Source: an uncultured delta proteobacterium (GTDB lineage: Bacteria > Desulfobacterota > Syntrophia > Syntrophales > Smithellaceae). From it: DNA of 64,000 nucleotides. Of this stretch, positions 55,124 through 64,000 are shown piece after piece. The DNA lies in the NCBI GenBank assembly GCA_963710995.1, contig CAVQCU010000212.1, forward strand, positions 32,084 to 96,083, given 5' to 3'. Made by a program: the position numbers and the translations under genes. The stretch's first letter is position 1; each line of letters starts with the position of its first letter. The notes under the pieces are model-generated. The model did no database searches and was not told the DNA's origin. It saw nothing but the letters and a program-made list of their open reading frames with translations.

Positions 55124-57349
55124 ATGATAGATATAAGACTGAAAGCCTTGGATGCACTTGTCATTATGAACACGGCCATAAAAAATGTGCGTCTCTATCC
55201 TCCTACCAGCGCCACGATTACGAATACCATCAAAAAGCTTCATCTGATCTTTCTGGACATCCTTGAACAGGAGGCACCTATAATCTTTGCAGAATCAGAA
55301 AAAAACATCCTGATCTGCGGGAAACCTTTAGAACAGAAAGATCAAGAAAGAACCCCGGTTGCGGCATTACTGAACATCATTCTCAATTTCGGCATCAGGA
55401 GCATTTCTTTCAATAAGGGTCTGGAAAAGGAAGAGCTCTTTGCTTTCATGGAACTGCTTTCGAAAAAGTCTGAGGGTGTAAGAAATGAGGGTGGCCTGCC
55501 CAAGATCATGGCAGAAAAAAATATACTGCATATTTATCTGGATGAAAAAGTTTATGTGCCCCTGGATAAAGATCAAAAAATCATTTCCAGTCTTGATATT
55601 ACCGATGATCAGGTCACTCAATTTCTTATGAGTGCTCATCCGGAATTGGCGTCTGATTCTCAAAAACTTCAAGAAATGTTTAAGGATAAGGATCCGAAAT
55701 GGTTATTAGAAACATTCCAGGCTGGTTTGTCGCAGCTGGCGGCACAAAAAGAAACATCGTCAAGTGCTCAACTTTCTGAAAAGTTGCAAAACATGCTCGT
55801 TCTTTTGGATAAGGTTACCGCCTCCCTCAATCAGAATGATCGGAACAATATATCACAGCACATCGGGGAAACAATCGTTACTAGTAATATTACCCAGGAG
55901 TTGACAGCTCAGACTATAGAACAACTTTTCGGCGGCGTGCTTCTGCAATTTCTTATCGGCAAACTCACAGATATTAAATATGCCGAAGCACAAAAAACAG
56001 GAGAAGGAGGAACCGCAGATGGTCGGAGCAAAGCAGGTACAGGTGGTACCGGCCGCGGTCAGAGTGACGGAGGCATTGGTATAAGCGGCAGAGGGGGAAC
56101 TCAAAGCGATGCTGATAGACAGGAAAAGACCGACTTTAAAACCAACTTAATTCAGGTTTCCGAAAAACTAAGCTTAAGCCTGAAGAATAATGAAAATACT
56201 TTGCTCGATGAATCGTTAATATCGGTCCTGCCCAAGATTATTGAACAGCTCATTGCCCAAAAAGAACAAGAAGCTATGGAAAAGGTCATCGACAATCTGC
56301 TTGATAATCTATTCAGCTTGAATACCGATGTGCGTGCTCACGCTGCCAAAGCATTGACCGATATAATTGACAACCTTCCACCTGAGCGTAAAATAGAAAT
56401 GATCGAAAGCGTGTCCGGACTATTGATCGAATGGATCAAAATTGAAACATTGGTAACGCCAGCCTACAAGATTATTTGTAACTACTTACAGAATAGCGTA
56501 CAGGATTCTATTAAAAAACTTCGCTTTGCCGAAACAGTTCCGATCCTGGATGTTTTCAATGACATTAATTCCCACATTCTGAAGAAAAATGATGAAATAT
56601 GTGATGTATCTTCGGAGATCATCCAAAATCTGACATCAGAAGAGTATCTCTCCATACTCTTTAAAGAACTCCATACCAATGAAAGAAATAAACGGGATGA
56701 GGCCGGCCAAATATTGATTAGATTTGGCGACGTTGTATTGAGCCGATTGCTCGATATTGTCCAGGAAGCCAGCGATAGCAACGAACGTATAAATGTTATC
56801 TATCTTATTATCGCCATGGGACAGAAGGCAATACCGGCCATCAAGGATCGGATTAATAATAAAAATGTGGTATGGCATTATTTGCGTAATCTGGCCTACC
56901 TGCTCGGCCATATTGGCAATGAAACGAATGTCCATCTGCTTCAGCCTCTTTTGCTCCATGAAAACAACCGGGTTCGGCTGGAGGCCTTAAGAAGTATTTT
57001 TCAAATCGGGGGAAATCTTAGAGGAACATTACTCCTGTCTGTTCTGCCTAAAGCAGATGATAAATTCAAACTTAACATCATTGAAACTCTCGGTAATTTG
57101 AAATGTGCCGACGCAGTGCCAATTTTTTTGGATGCGCTCAAAAAACGGTCATTACTGGTCTCGCAGTCGCAGATTGATCTGCAAGAAAAAATCTGTATAG
57201 CTTTAGGATTAATCGGATCTCCCGAGGCAATGTCTGCCCTTTCAGAAATTGCTGAATCAAAATCATTTTTGGTCATCCGCGCTTATCCGGAAAAAGTTAA
57301 ACATGCCGCCACAAGGGCATTGGAATCAATTAAAAGAAGGCAGCAATAG
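55124..57349 (+). CDS. HEAT-repeat protein with Gly-rich low-complexity insert
   Basis: C-terminal PBS-lyase/HEAT-like repeats (RVRLEALRSI, AVPIFLDALK) and a G/T/S-rich stretch near residues 295-340. Confidence 0.65.
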   Translation: MIDIRLKALDALVIMNTAIKNVRLYPPTSATITNTIKKLHLIFLDILEQEAPIIFAESEKNILICGKPLEQKDQERTPVAALLNIILNFGIRSISFNKGLEKEELFAFMELLSKKSEGVRNEGGLPKIMAEKNILHIYLDEKVYVPLDKDQKIISSLDITDDQVTQFLMSAHPELASDSQKLQEMFKDKDPKWLLETFQAGLSQLAAQKETSSSAQLSEKLQNMLVLLDKVTASLNQNDRNNISQHIGETIVTSNITQELTAQTIEQLFGGVLLQFLIGKLTDIKYAEAQKTGEGGTADGRSKAGTGGTGRGQSDGGIGISGRGGTQSDADRQEKTDFKTNLIQVSEKLSLSLKNNENTLLDESLISVLPKIIEQLIAQKEQEAMEKVIDNLLDNLFSLNTDVRAHAAKALTDIIDNLPPERKIEMIESVSGLLIEWIKIETLVTPAYKIICNYLQNSVQDSIKKLRFAETVPILDVFNDINSHILKKNDEICDVSSEIIQNLTSEEYLSILFKELHTNERNKRDEAGQILIRFGDVVLSRLLDIVQEASDSNERINVIYLIIAMGQKAIPAIKDRINNKNVVWHYLRNLAYLLGHIGNETNVHLLQPLLLHENNRVRLEALRSIFQIGGNLRGTLLLSVLPKADDKFKLNIIETLGNLKCADAVPIFLDALKKRSLLVSQSQIDLQEKICIALGLIGSPEAMSALSEIAESKSFLVIRAYPEKVKHAATRALESIKRRQQ

Positions 57350-57399
57350 GCGGGTGATGCCGAATGATGCGCTCAAATCTCTACGCTCGATCTAGTTGA

Positions 57400-58035
57400 T
57401 CAAATATTCTGAACTGTTAAAGCTGAATAGATTATATCATTGATTCTGCGGGCGGCGGCTTCGGGATCGTGAGCCACGCAAATTGCCGATACAACGGCAA
57501 TGCAATCAGTGCCTGCCATTACAACTTCTCTGACATTAGATTCATTAATCCCGCCGATTGCAACTAAAGGATGACGGCTAAAGGCTTTGATTTTCACGAG
57601 GCCGTCTAAACCCCAGACGTTTTTTGTATCCGTTTTGGTTGGCGTGGAAAAAACCGGACTGACACCGATATAATTTACATCCACTTTTTGGCTTACCTCG
57701 ACATCTTCCCATGTTTCCACCGATAGACCGATTATTGCTTTTTGCCCCATAAGTTTGCGAACAATTTCATAAGGCATATCTTCCTGACCGATATGCACGC
57801 CTTCGGCGCCACAGGCCAAAGCCACATCAACGCGGTCATTTATTATCAGCGGCACTTTATACGGTTCCAAAAGTTTTTTAATCCTCACGGCTTCTTCCAC
57901 AAAAAAACGGGTAGACACATCTTTCTCGCGCAATTGCACATAAGATGCGCCACCTTTAACTGCCTGAATAACGACTTCTTCCAGAGGCTTCCCTCCGCAC
58001 AAACCGCGATCAGTCACGAAATATAATCCGCGCAT
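57400..58035 (-). CDS. thiE: Thiamine-phosphate synthase
   Basis: YVQLREKD, GVHIGQED, GVSPVFST, AIGGI motifs. Confidence 0.92.
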   Translation of the reverse strand: MRGLYFVTDRGLCGGKPLEEVVIQAVKGGASYVQLREKDVSTRFFVEEAVRIKKLLEPYKVPLIINDRVDVALACGAEGVHIGQEDMPYEIVRKLMGQKAIIGLSVETWEDVEVSQKVDVNYIGVSPVFSTPTKTDTKNVWGLDGLVKIKAFSRHPLVAIGGINESNVREVVMAGTDCIAVVSAICVAHDPEAAARRINDIIYSALTVQNI

Positions 58036-58052
58036 AACTAATCCTCAACTTT

Positions 58053-58285
58053 GGCGGCTTCGCAAAAAGTCCCTATGCTGAGTTACACTGCATCCTTCCC
58101 CGGCCTTCGCCGGGGCAGGCTACCTACGGCCTACGCAAAAGCAGGCCTTATTCCTCAGGCTCCGGGAGTGCTTCCCTGAGCATGAGGCGAAGGGGTACTA
58201 TGTAATAAATGCAGCACCTTGCCGGTATGCGCCGTCAGGCAAATACTTTGTTTGCCTTGCCTCTGTCGCATTTTACGAAGCCGCC
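58053..58285. repeat. PAL-1-like palindromic element, copy 4 (233 bp)
   Basis: Ends GGCGGCTTCGCAAAA / TTTTACGAAGCCGCC are complementary in 14 of 15 positions. It fills the thiM-thiE spacer and abuts the thiM stop. Confidence 0.75.
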
Positions 58286-59098
58286 CTAAATTTTGCATTT
58301 CTCAATTTTTAAATGTTGCTTAATATCATCCTCTGTCAGACGATAAAGTATATCCAGAAAATTGGTTTGGAGACTTCCTGGTCCTGCGGCAACTGAAGCG
58401 GCCATTTCTCCGGCAATTCCCATTACCGCCATAGCATTGACCGTTGCAACAAAAGGTAGTTTTTCCACTGCGGCAAAAGCGCCGCATAAAGCCGATGCCG
58501 TGCAACCTAATCCTGTAACTCTAGACATCAACTGATGACCATTTTTAATCTTTACAATTTTTTCTTTACCGACAATATAATCAGTTGCCCCGCTAATGCA
58601 GATGACGCATTTGTGAGTTTCACTTAATTTTTGCGCTACATCAATTGCCGCATCTGAAGACGCGGCGCTGTCCACACCCTTAGTTTTGGACTTATCATCG
58701 TAAAGAGTCATAATCTCCGAAGCATTACCCCGAATGATAGCCGGTGCTTCATTGTTAATCAGTTCTCTCGCTGTTTTCGTCCGGTAAACCGTAGCTCCGG
58801 CACCGACGGGATCCAAAATAACGGGAATGCCCTTTTTTCGGGCATGATGGGCAGCCTTAAACATTGAGGATATCCAGTGTTCGCTCAATGTGCCGATGTT
58901 GATCACTAAGGCCGAAGCGATATTCACCATTTCTTCGACTTCTTCTTCCGCATGTGCCATTACCGGAGAAGCTCCGATCGCCAGCAGCGCGTTAGCGGTG
59001 CTATTCATGACCACGTAATTGGTAATGTTATGCACAACCGGCGCTTGGTGACGAATTGCTTCTATTGATTTGTAAATTTCCTCTGCTGTTATCTTCAC
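58286..59098 (-). CDS. thiM: Hydroxyethylthiazole kinase
   Basis: PVVHNITNYVVMN, and ASPVMA near the N-terminus. GTG start at 59098 has an AAGGAG SD at 9 nt. The ORF is open to 59149. Confidence 0.9.
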   Translation of the reverse strand: MKITAEEIYKSIEAIRHQAPVVHNITNYVVMNSTANALLAIGASPVMAHAEEEVEEMVNIASALVINIGTLSEHWISSMFKAAHHARKKGIPVILDPVGAGATVYRTKTARELINNEAPAIIRGNASEIMTLYDDKSKTKGVDSAASSDAAIDVAQKLSETHKCVICISGATDYIVGKEKIVKIKNGHQLMSRVTGLGCTASALCGAFAAVEKLPFVATVNAMAVMGIAGEMAASVAAGPGSLQTNFLDILYRLTEDDIKQHLKIEKCKI

Positions 59099-59220
59099 GA
59101 TTTCCCACTCCTTGTTTTTTATTGTATGTAAATTGAATAAAACAATCAATTAATATTCTGAATAATAATTAAATGCCAACTCCTTTTGGCAAATAAACAG
59201 ACCATGTGGGCAAGATTTTC

Positions 59221-59249
59221 TTGACATACAAGACTGAGTTTCCTATAGT
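59221..59249 (+). promoter_or_regulatory. P5 promoter cassette copy 2 (TTGACA-17-TATAGT, leader module duplicated)
   Basis: Same -35/-10 as the other copies. The downstream TTCAACCATAAAAGAGCAATACCTTACCAA is repeated in tandem. Confidence 0.7.
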
Positions 59250-59485
59250 TCAACCATAAAAGAGCAATACCTTACCAATGTTCAACCATGAAAAAGTAAT
59301 ACCTTATCAATTATTAGTTTTCTGACAAGCATGGTAGACTCTGGCTGTCCTTGAAAAAGGATTATTACTTATAGTATTATAGATTTTTCTCGAAAAGTAT
59401 AATTAAATCGATTGATGAAATTGATAAAAATGGAACAGGAATTTCAACTATAATTATTTGTCAAAACCAATTGGGAAGGGAACCT

Positions 59486-61069
59486 ATGAAAAATAGAAAT
59501 TTACCGTATCTCTGCCTATGGTCTTTTAAGTACCGGTTTCTCTTGCGGTGGTATGCCGTGGTACTGATCTTTCTGTTTTGCATCTTTATCGGTAATGCCG
59601 GTGCCGCCAATGATTCTCCCGGAAAACAGAGTGGCAGCGACAGTATCCAGAACTCGGTGGTGAAGGTGTTCTCAACGGTCCGCATGCCCGATACTTTTCG
59701 GCCATGGGCAAAACAGGCGCCTCAGGAAATTTCGGGCAGCGGTGTTATCATCGAAGGGCATCGGATCCTGACCAACGCCCATGTGGTGCTTTATGCAAAC
59801 CAAATCCAGATTCAGGCAAACCAGAGCGGCGACAAGGTTTTCGCTACCATTGAGGCTATTGCGCCAGGCATTGACCTTGCGCTCCTAAAACTTGATGATG
59901 AATCTTTATTTTCCACGCACCCGCCACTTGCCCGCGCCAGCACGCTTCCGGACGTGAAGGACGCCGTGATGACCTACGGATTTCCCACCGGAGGCATGAA
60001 TTTGTCAATAACCAAAGGAATTGTTTCCCGGATCGAATTCGCGCATTATAATTACCCGGTTTCCGGTCTTCGAATCCAGATTGATGCGGCGATCAATCCC
60101 GGCAATAGCGGTGGACCTGCGGTTGTTGGCGACAAGATGATCGGGGTGGCGTTCAGCCGTCTTGGCGGAAACGCGGAAAACATTGGCTACATCATTCCAT
60201 GTGAAGAGGTCGAGTTGTTCCTTAAGGACATTGCCGACGGACATTATGACGGCAAACCATCAATGACCGATGAGTTGCAGACGTTTGAGAATCCCGCGCT
60301 CCGGCCTTATCTGAAGCTTGATAATTCGGTAACCGGCATTATTGTGCACCAACCCGCATCCACCGGAGCTTCATATCCGCTGAAGACGTGGGATATAATC
60401 ACGAAGATCGGCGACACAACCATCGATGATGAAGGCATGGTAAACATCGGAAATAATCTGCACATTGACTTCCGATATATTATCCAGAAAATTACCGCTA
60501 AGGGAAAGGTCCCCTTATCCATTGTCCGGAGCGGGAAGGCGTTGAAAATCGAACTCCCGGTTTCATCCGATCATCCGATGCTAATACCCGATTTACAGGG
60601 TTCGTACCCTGACTATTTTATCTACGGGCCGCTTGTTTTTTCGGTCGCGACGTCTCAGTTTATTTCCAATCTGAATAGAGGCAACCTACTTGGCGTTTAT
60701 GCATTTATGGGAAGTCCGCTTGCTGCTCGCATGGGCGACAATCCTGCATTCCCAGGTGAAGAGCTTGTTGTCGTTTCTTCTCCATTTTTTCCTCACGCAC
60801 TAGCAAAGGGGTACGGTAATCCTATCGCGCGAGTAGTGAAAACGGTCAATGGAATTTCCATCCGCAACCTGAACCATCTTGTGCAGGTGCTGCGGGACTC
60901 CCGTGACGAGTTCGACGTGATCACCTATTGGGGCAAGAGCGTCGAGACCATGGTCTTCCCTAGAAAAAAAATGCGGGACGTGACAGATGAAATTCTCACC
61001 GACAACGACATTCGTTCCCAGGGATCTCAGCAGGTGCTGGACGTATGGAGCGCCAAGAAAGGACGGTAG
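59486..61069 (+). CDS. Trypsin-like serine protease (S1C/Deg-like) with C-terminal PDZ-like region
   Basis: Catalytic H (TNAHVV), D (DLALLKL), S (GNSGGP) and an N-terminal TM/signal. Confidence 0.85.
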   Translation: MKNRNLPYLCLWSFKYRFLLRWYAVVLIFLFCIFIGNAGAANDSPGKQSGSDSIQNSVVKVFSTVRMPDTFRPWAKQAPQEISGSGVIIEGHRILTNAHVVLYANQIQIQANQSGDKVFATIEAIAPGIDLALLKLDDESLFSTHPPLARASTLPDVKDAVMTYGFPTGGMNLSITKGIVSRIEFAHYNYPVSGLRIQIDAAINPGNSGGPAVVGDKMIGVAFSRLGGNAENIGYIIPCEEVELFLKDIADGHYDGKPSMTDELQTFENPALRPYLKLDNSVTGIIVHQPASTGASYPLKTWDIITKIGDTTIDDEGMVNIGNNLHIDFRYIIQKITAKGKVPLSIVRSGKALKIELPVSSDHPMLIPDLQGSYPDYFIYGPLVFSVATSQFISNLNRGNLLGVYAFMGSPLAARMGDNPAFPGEELVVVSSPFFPHALAKGYGNPIARVVKTVNGISIRNLNHLVQVLRDSRDEFDVITYWGKSVETMVFPRKKMRDVTDEILTDNDIRSQGSQQVLDVWSAKKGR

Positions 61070-61244
61070 GGGTAGTACGCATTCTTTTTTATCAGCCAAT
61101 AGCCCTATGGTAATTTCACAATACCTTACAAGAGAAACTCGGAATGGCTTTGATATCGCTGTGATTAGAGTGGTCAGAACGGGGATGCTTAATTGCTTTT
61201 TACTTTTATCTTTTCAATCTTTCTAACCGCAGGATGTTGAACTT

Positions 61245-62426
61245 ATGAAAATAAAAATATCTACAGCTTTATTTCTTGTCCTTTGCTTACTCTTTCTAAT
61301 CTCCGTTATAGAAAAGGAGGTAGGAGCGACTGAACCGCAACCGAAACAATTTCATTCTTATCTCCGACAGGGAATTGACAAAGCTTTTAATCTGGACACA
61401 GCCAGCGCTAATGTCTATCTAAAAAAGGCTGTGGAACTTGATCCCGAAAATCCCACCGGATATGCTTACATGGCGGTGCTTAGTTTGTTTTCCTACGAGA
61501 TAAGCTTTGAATCGAAGGATAGAGACACGAATCAAGAGGCCTTGCTAAGTTACGTCAAAGAAACCATCACCAAGGGAGAAAAAAGAATTGAGTATAATCC
61601 TCACGATAGTCAGGCTTACTTTGCCATGGCATTGGCGAAAATCTCCAAAATTCAATGGGCGATTCATCAAAAGCATTATTTAATTATCGCGCAGGAAACA
61701 TCGAATATATGGGATTATCTGGAAAAAGCTAAGGCGGGGGATCCACAAAATCATGATGTATATTTTCTCATGGGTCTGCTGCATTATCACCTCGATCATC
61801 TCTCCGGCATTACCCGCTTCTTGTCTTCGGCTTTTGTTACTTCCGGAAACAGTCAAAAAGGTATTCAGGAACTGGATTTGGCGGCGCAAAAAGGCGACCT
61901 GCTCAAGGAACTTGCTCAGGTCGAACTTTCTTCGAATTATTTGAATTTTGAAAAACAATCGGCAAGGGCTTTGCCCCTTGTCTGGGAATTAAATAAAAGA
62001 TTTCCCAATAATTATAATTTTTTATTTGCGATGGGAAACGCTTTTTCCGACCTTCATCGATTCGAGGAAGCTTTTGATATAGCCAGGAAGATTGAAAATA
62101 ATATTCAGGCAGGCATTCCTCCCTTTGTTCCCCAACTCCAACCTCGTTATAATCAATTAATGGGGAGAATCCTTTTCAGCCAAGGAGAATATGACCTATC
62201 CATGGAATATTTCCAAAATGCTTTAAAGGATACATCATTTTATAATGCCCGGGTTCGAGTCCGGGCATTTGTGCGTCTGGGGATGATTAACGACATTCGC
62301 AAAAAAAGGAAGCAGGCTGAAGAGTATTACTCCAAGGCATTGGAAGTAGAAGGTGGAGAAGGCGCCGCTCAGATAGAAGCCAGAAATTATCTTAATAATC
62401 CCTACGTGCCCCCGGCTAAATTTTAA
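61245..62426 (+). CDS. TPR-repeat protein with signal peptide
   Basis: Signal-like N-terminus and repeated A..Y...A/L TPR-type patterns. Confidence 0.7.
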   Translation: MKIKISTALFLVLCLLFLISVIEKEVGATEPQPKQFHSYLRQGIDKAFNLDTASANVYLKKAVELDPENPTGYAYMAVLSLFSYEISFESKDRDTNQEALLSYVKETITKGEKRIEYNPHDSQAYFAMALAKISKIQWAIHQKHYLIIAQETSNIWDYLEKAKAGDPQNHDVYFLMGLLHYHLDHLSGITRFLSSAFVTSGNSQKGIQELDLAAQKGDLLKELAQVELSSNYLNFEKQSARALPLVWELNKRFPNNYNFLFAMGNAFSDLHRFEEAFDIARKIENNIQAGIPPFVPQLQPRYNQLMGRILFSQGEYDLSMEYFQNALKDTSFYNARVRVRAFVRLGMINDIRKKRKQAEEYYSKALEVEGGEGAAQIEARNYLNNPYVPPAKF

Positions 62427-62491
62427 ATCTCCGTGATTAGACATATAACTTCTGATGGGTAATCGGTGCCGCACCCTTCATTTTGAAATTA

Positions 62492-62616
62492 ATACCAATT
62501 CTAAATCAAAGATGATATTGAGGCGGCTAGGCGGAGGCAACGAGGCGTATTATACATGCGTTGAGGAAGCCGACAACGACGCCAACAAAAATAGCGCTTT
62601 GATTTAGAATTGGTAT
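62492..62616. repeat. PAL-2 element, full-length copy with perfect 20-bp terminal inverted repeats
   Basis: ATACCAATTCTAAATCAAAG (62492-62511) and CTTTGATTTAGAATTGGTAT (62597-62616). Confidence 0.9.
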
Positions 62617-62625
62617 AAGATTTCT

Positions 62626-62654
62626 TTGACATACAAGATTGAATTTCCTATAGT
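62626..62654 (+). promoter_or_regulatory. P5 promoter cassette copy 3 (TTGACA-17-TATAGT)
   Basis: Identical hexamers and spacing; leader TTCAACCTTGAAAAAGCAATACATTATCAA. Confidence 0.7.
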
Positions 62655-62704
62655 TCAACCTTGAAAAAGCAATACATTATCAAGAATATTGTAGACTGAA
62701 GATC

Positions 62705-63568
62705 ATGATGAGATGGATTATACACGCCTTTATCTTGAACCGGCTTCACATTATAGTAAGCGCACCGGCGGTCATGTGGTGCTGGTCCGAGTTTTTAAAA
62801 ATACGTTTTCGCAGCATCGATTATCTGATCATCACCCTGGCGGTGGCTTGCATCTGTCAGTGGAACCGGCTTACCGACGTGGAAGAGGATGCGCTGAACT
62901 GCCCGGCCGATCTGAAGGACGCGCAAGCCAAAAGCCGCGCCATCAAGGGTTTCTGCTATGCGGGCGGAACAATCTCCGTCGTGCTGGCGATTTTCACTGA
63001 ACGCACATGGGGACTTGCGGGGCTGGTCGCCTTCGGTGCTGCTGTCGGGTACTTCTATAACAGTCCTCTGCTGCCCTCTCAATCGCATCTGCGACTTAAA
63101 AACATGTTCATAATTAAAAACGTAAGTTCGGGCGCGGGGTGGTCTGCGGGTCTGCTGGTTTTTCCGATGCTGCGTGCGCATACACAACCGGATGGGCACT
63201 TCTTCACGGCGTTTATCTATATGTTCGCCATGGTTATGACCTATGAAATCATGTGGGACATGCGCGATGCAGTAGGCGATGCCCAGGCCGGCATCCGGAC
63301 ATTGCCGGTTGTGCTCGGAATAAACAGCGCCAGGGTTTATACAGCTTTACTCCAATTCGTCTGCCTTGGCATTATCATCAGCGGCCTTGCGAACGCCCGC
63401 TTGACGCCCGTATGGTCATTTTATCTTCTTCCAAGCATAATGCTTTTGACGTTGATCATCTTTTTCCCGCGAATGATCAGATACAACCGCGGCCTTTCGC
63501 ATATGCTGGTCATGGCGCTGACCGGTTTTGCATGTCTGGGAGGTTTTCTGGCGGCCCAATTCGGGTGA
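62705..63568 (+). CDS. UbiA-family prenyltransferase
   Basis: NRLTDVEEDALN (first Asp-rich motif), WDMRDAVGD (second), ~8 TM segments. Confidence 0.85.
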   Translation: MMRWIIHAFILNRLHIIVSAPAVMWCWSEFLKIRFRSIDYLIITLAVACICQWNRLTDVEEDALNCPADLKDAQAKSRAIKGFCYAGGTISVVLAIFTERTWGLAGLVAFGAAVGYFYNSPLLPSQSHLRLKNMFIIKNVSSGAGWSAGLLVFPMLRAHTQPDGHFFTAFIYMFAMVMTYEIMWDMRDAVGDAQAGIRTLPVVLGINSARVYTALLQFVCLGIIISGLANARLTPVWSFYLLPSIMLLTLIIFFPRMIRYNRGLSHMLVMALTGFACLGGFLAAQFG

Positions 63569-63608
63569 GAATTTAAATACTTTATTATATATCGCCAAGT
63601 ACAATCTT

Positions 63609-63645
63609 ATACCATTTCTAAATCAAAGATGATATTTAGGCGACC
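63609..63645 (+). repeat. PAL-2 left-end fragment abutting a start codon
   Basis: ATACCATTTCTAAATCAAAGATGATATTTAGG matches the PAL-2 left end. Confidence 0.75.
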
Positions 63646-64000
63646 ATGAAAAAATATGTCATTTTGATAGTCGCTGTTTTAATTCAAATCTGTATAGGCG
63701 TTGGTTATTCCTGGAGCACCTTTGTCCCCGCTTTAAAACAGACCTTTGGTCTTTCTATTACCCAGACACAGACAATTTTTGGCATCGGTTCACTTATATA
63801 ATTACGTTGTTTATTTTTGTCGGAGGCCGCATTCAGGATCGTCTGGGGCCGCGAATTCCTGTTGTAGTCGGCGGTATTATCCTGGGCAGCAGTTATATGT
63901 TGGCTGGATGTTCCAACGGATCATATCTCACCCTGCTTTTACTTATCGGCGTCTGCGCCGCCATTGGTGTGGGGCTCTGCTATATCTGCCCCATCGCCTG
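63646..64000 (+). CDS. MFS transporter (oxalate/formate-antiporter-like), frame change near 63794-63800, 3' end beyond window
   Basis: MKKYVILIVAVLIQICIGVGYSWSTF... stops at 63799. The -1 frame continues YIITLFIFVGGRIQDRLGPR..., and restoring one T in the TT run joins them. Confidence 0.7.

Overview
This 64-kb chromosomal window reads like a Desulfobacterota-type anaerobe. That is an inference from gene content: HdrA/MvhD/Flx-like and NfnAB-like electron-bifurcation genes, a sigma-54 two-component pair, and an F-type c subunit with a signal-peptide-like extension. About 60 protein genes can be supported.

Gene content in window order:
- An hdrD-like/hdrA/flxDCBA-like/nfnAB-like block (0.65-9.6 kb, minus strand), then engB.
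- An NtrC-type regulator plus a Cache/PAS histidine kinase.
- atpE plus an output-less Cache membrane protein behind a sigma-54 promoter.
- RNase P RNA next to rpmH-rnpA-yidD-yidC-jag-mnmE.
- A frame-split IS110-family transposase.
- An HDAC/NRDE/Sir2 trio.
- A complete aromatic amino-acid supraoperon (aroF-aroB-pheA-aroDE-aroA-aroK-aroC-tyrA, 33.1-41.7 kb, minus strand). It is preceded by an aromatic-rich leader peptide and tandem terminators.
- A block that looks GC-richer by eye (PBP7-like, ABC pair, cstA, prc).
- A thiolase plus a decayed HMG-CoA reductase.
- thiE/thiM, and a protease/TPR/UbiA/MFS group.

I saw no rRNA, tRNA, CRISPR array or prophage.

The most unusual content is non-coding:
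- Five mosaic arrays of short, individually distinct hairpin modules share conserved array ends, and many have GCGNAGC mini-hairpin apices.
- Two palindromic MITE-like families sit exactly against stop codons.
- A roughly 22-nt mini-insert is found at hairpin apices of two of these repeat families (two arrays and one PAL-2 copy).
- A consensus promoter-plus-leader cassette is copied in front of three unrelated genes.
- Two gene segments (cstA, and atpZ-like plus a small ORF) are bracketed by long inverted repeats.

Four genes carry frame changes. Three sit at short homopolymer or doublet runs and the fourth (yidC) at a CC doublet, so assembly indels must be excluded before calling them pseudogenes. 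All coordinates and alignments were done by eye. No searches or statistics were run.
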